Shown here in pieces: positions 23,692-25,099 of a DNA stretch of 25,099 bases. The stretch covers positions 1 to 25,099 of the IMG/VR virus record IMGVR_UViG_3300025288_000107; one strand, written 5' to 3'. The notes under the pieces are model-generated. The model was not told the DNA's origin. It was given only the letters and a program-made list of their open reading frames with translations, and ran no database searches. Position numbers and translations under genes: made by a program. Positions within the stretch are counted from its first letter, which is position 1. Every line of letters begins with the position of its first letter. The stretch comes from a virus. Its lineage: Duplodnaviria > Caudoviricetes.

Positions 23692-24947
23692 ACCTCCTCC
23701 TTTCCGAAAATTTACCGCTCAGAACCAGCGCAGCCCTCGGCGACTACACCGAAGACGCCATCCTCCCCGTGGTCTACGGCGACTTGTCGCAATCCGCCGT
23801 GCCCTTGGTCAAGCTCTCCGAAACCGAATACCTGGCCGCCGATCACCCCGCCACCGTCACCGCCGTATTCGTTGACGAACAGGAAACCCACGGCTGGGCG
23901 AGCCGCACCCAAACCGACATCACCGGCCACGCTTATTGCGCCATCACCCTGTCCGCCCCGCCGGAAAAAGGCGCGGCCATCACCGCCGCCCTGCAGGGCA
24001 AACGCCACGCCGCCACCGGCGCATTGATCGGGCACCCGGCTGACGTATTGCAAGACGTGTTGGCGCTGGCGGGCAAGGCCTGGGACCTGTCCCGCCTCAA
24101 GTCCGATTTGCCCGGCGTCAGGATCGCCGGAAGGCTGGACAAAGCGCAATCCGTGCGCGCCTGGATGGATGAAATCACCCGGTCATGCGGCGTGGTCTGG
24201 GCCGAACGGTTCGCCGCCGCCTATCCCTCTGCCACCGGGGTATCGGTTGCCTCGCTCGACGCCAGAAACTGCCAGATCAGCAACCTCAGCGCCAACATCC
24301 AGGACGCCGCCGACCGCCTGCAAATCGCCTTCGACTACCACCCCGCCAAAGGCGCCTTCGCCCAATACATGGAACTCTCCGCCAAGCCCAGCCCCTTCGG
24401 CAGCACTGGCGCGCCCATAACCAAACTCGAAGCCCCCTGGCTGCGCCAGCCCGCCGACGCCCTGGCGCTTGCCCAGCGCCTGCTGTCCCGCCTCGCCAGC
24501 CAGCGCGCCTCCATCGCGCTGGAGACCGGCAAGCCGCTAACCGTCGGCGACTGGTTTGGCCTCAGCCACCCGTCTCTGCCAGTTGACGGAACAGTCGCCT
24601 TGATGGCGCTCTCGCTGGAAACCCAACCCGGCAAACCCAGCCGCAGAATCAGCGGCGAAATCACCTGGGGCGACCCCCCCATCATCACCCTCGACCACCA
24701 CGCCCGCGCCATCCGCCCCAAAGCCGACGGCGGCGTGGATGTCGCCTACAGCAACGGCATCGCCACCTTCACCATCCTCGGCCCCGACGCCAAACCACTG
24801 CCCAACGCCCTGGTCGCCCTCGACAACGGCGCGGCCAAGAAAACCAACGCCCAAGGCAAGGTCAGCTTCGAAGCCCAACCCGGCGCCCACATCATCGCCG
24901 TCGAAGCCAGCGGGTTCGTTCCATTCGAAATAGAGGTATCGCTATGA
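23688..24947 (+). CDS. Tail protein with C-terminal Ig-like (carboxypeptidase-regulatory-like) domain
   Basis: GGAGG RBS. LPVVYGD motif. C-terminal PLPNALVALD...TNAQGKVSF...VEASGF. Confidence 0.75.
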   Translation: MNLLLSENLPLRTSAALGDYTEDAILPVVYGDLSQSAVPLVKLSETEYLAADHPATVTAVFVDEQETHGWASRTQTDITGHAYCAITLSAPPEKGAAITAALQGKRHAATGALIGHPADVLQDVLALAGKAWDLSRLKSDLPGVRIAGRLDKAQSVRAWMDEITRSCGVVWAERFAAAYPSATGVSVASLDARNCQISNLSANIQDAADRLQIAFDYHPAKGAFAQYMELSAKPSPFGSTGAPITKLEAPWLRQPADALALAQRLLSRLASQRASIALETGKPLTVGDWFGLSHPSLPVDGTVALMALSLETQPGKPSRRISGEITWGDPPIITLDHHARAIRPKADGGVDVAYSNGIATFTILGPDAKPLPNALVALDNGAAKKTNAQGKVSFEAQPGAHIIAVEASGFVPFEIEVSL

Positions 24948-25099
24948 GCCGTTACGGCGTAACGTACAAGCCCGGCGGCGCGATCGCCAAGGGCATCGAC
25001 ATCACGCTTAAAATGCAGCGGGTTCCGGCTGTGGTTCCGGCTGTGGTTCCGGCTGTGGTTCCGGCTGTGGTTCCGGCTGTGGTTCCGGCTGTGGTTCCG
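24944..25099 (+). CDS. Hypothetical protein, 5' part only, running into a VPAV repeat
   Basis: GAGG RBS and ATGA coupling. MSRYGVTYKPGGAIAKGIDITLKMQR(VPAV)n, open to the window end. Confidence 0.6.
   Translation, partial: MSRYGVTYKPGGAIAKGIDITLKMQRVPAVVPAVVPAVVPAVVPAVVPAVVP
25021..25099 (+). repeat. Perfect 12-bp tandem repeat (GGTTCCGGCTGT)n, ~6.6 copies to the window edge
   Basis: Directly visible. Confidence 0.97.

Larger units (their letters stand above)
1..25099 (+). mobile_element. Mu-like (transposable-type) prophage, late region, siphovirus-type tail
   Basis: Mu-type gene order C/Mor - lysis - TraR - DUF1804 - TerL - DUF935 portal - gpF - gpG - gpI - capsid - gp36/gp37 - tail. No sheath gene. 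Transposase and ends are not in the window. Confidence 0.93.

Noticed and set aside
638-24890. Many long minus-strand and alternative-frame ORFs (e.g. 2855-4288, 4932-6107, 15937-17373, 16754-18340)
   Set aside because: Shadow ORFs expected from high-GC codon bias opposite or within well-supported genes, with no recognisable motifs. Only Rz1 and 15688-15837 were retained.
25021-25099. Terminal repeat as CRISPR or prophage end
   Set aside because: Spacer-less 12-bp tandem within a reading frame. No Mu-type end signature is visible.
12989-25099. Diversity-generating retroelement or invertible tail-fibre segment
   Set aside because: No reverse transcriptase, invertase, TR/VR pair or inverted crossover sites were seen in the window.

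Overview
The window is the late (lysis, head and tail) region of a GC-rich Mu-like (transposable-type) prophage with a long non-contractile tail. All core genes lie on the + strand. In order: 3' part of a Mor/C late activator, SAR endolysin, Rz/Rz1 spanins, TraR/DksA zinc finger, DUF1804 small terminase, large terminase, DUF935 portal, MuF (gpF) with a C-terminal PBECR-type nuclease domain, gpG, gpI protease/scaffold, lambda-type decoration and capsid proteins, gp36/gp37-like connectors, tail tube, an adhesin/fibre module, frameshifted tail chaperones, tape measure and large distal tail proteins. No transposase or prophage end is visible. The top observation is at the MuF nuclease gene: it has no protein immunity gene, but a complete minus-strand small-RNA unit converges on it (TTGACA-17-TATATT promoter, structured ~110-nt body, intrinsic terminator overlapping the toxin stop codon), a candidate RNA antitoxin. 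Also notable: two matching dyad-plus--10 late promoters that imply leaderless mRNAs, a candidate strong gyrase site between G and I, GTAG-type REP/REPIN colonisation, a palindromic element inserted in frame in the terminase, and several fused, nested or recoded tail genes. Family assignments come from motif recognition and synteny only; no searches were run.
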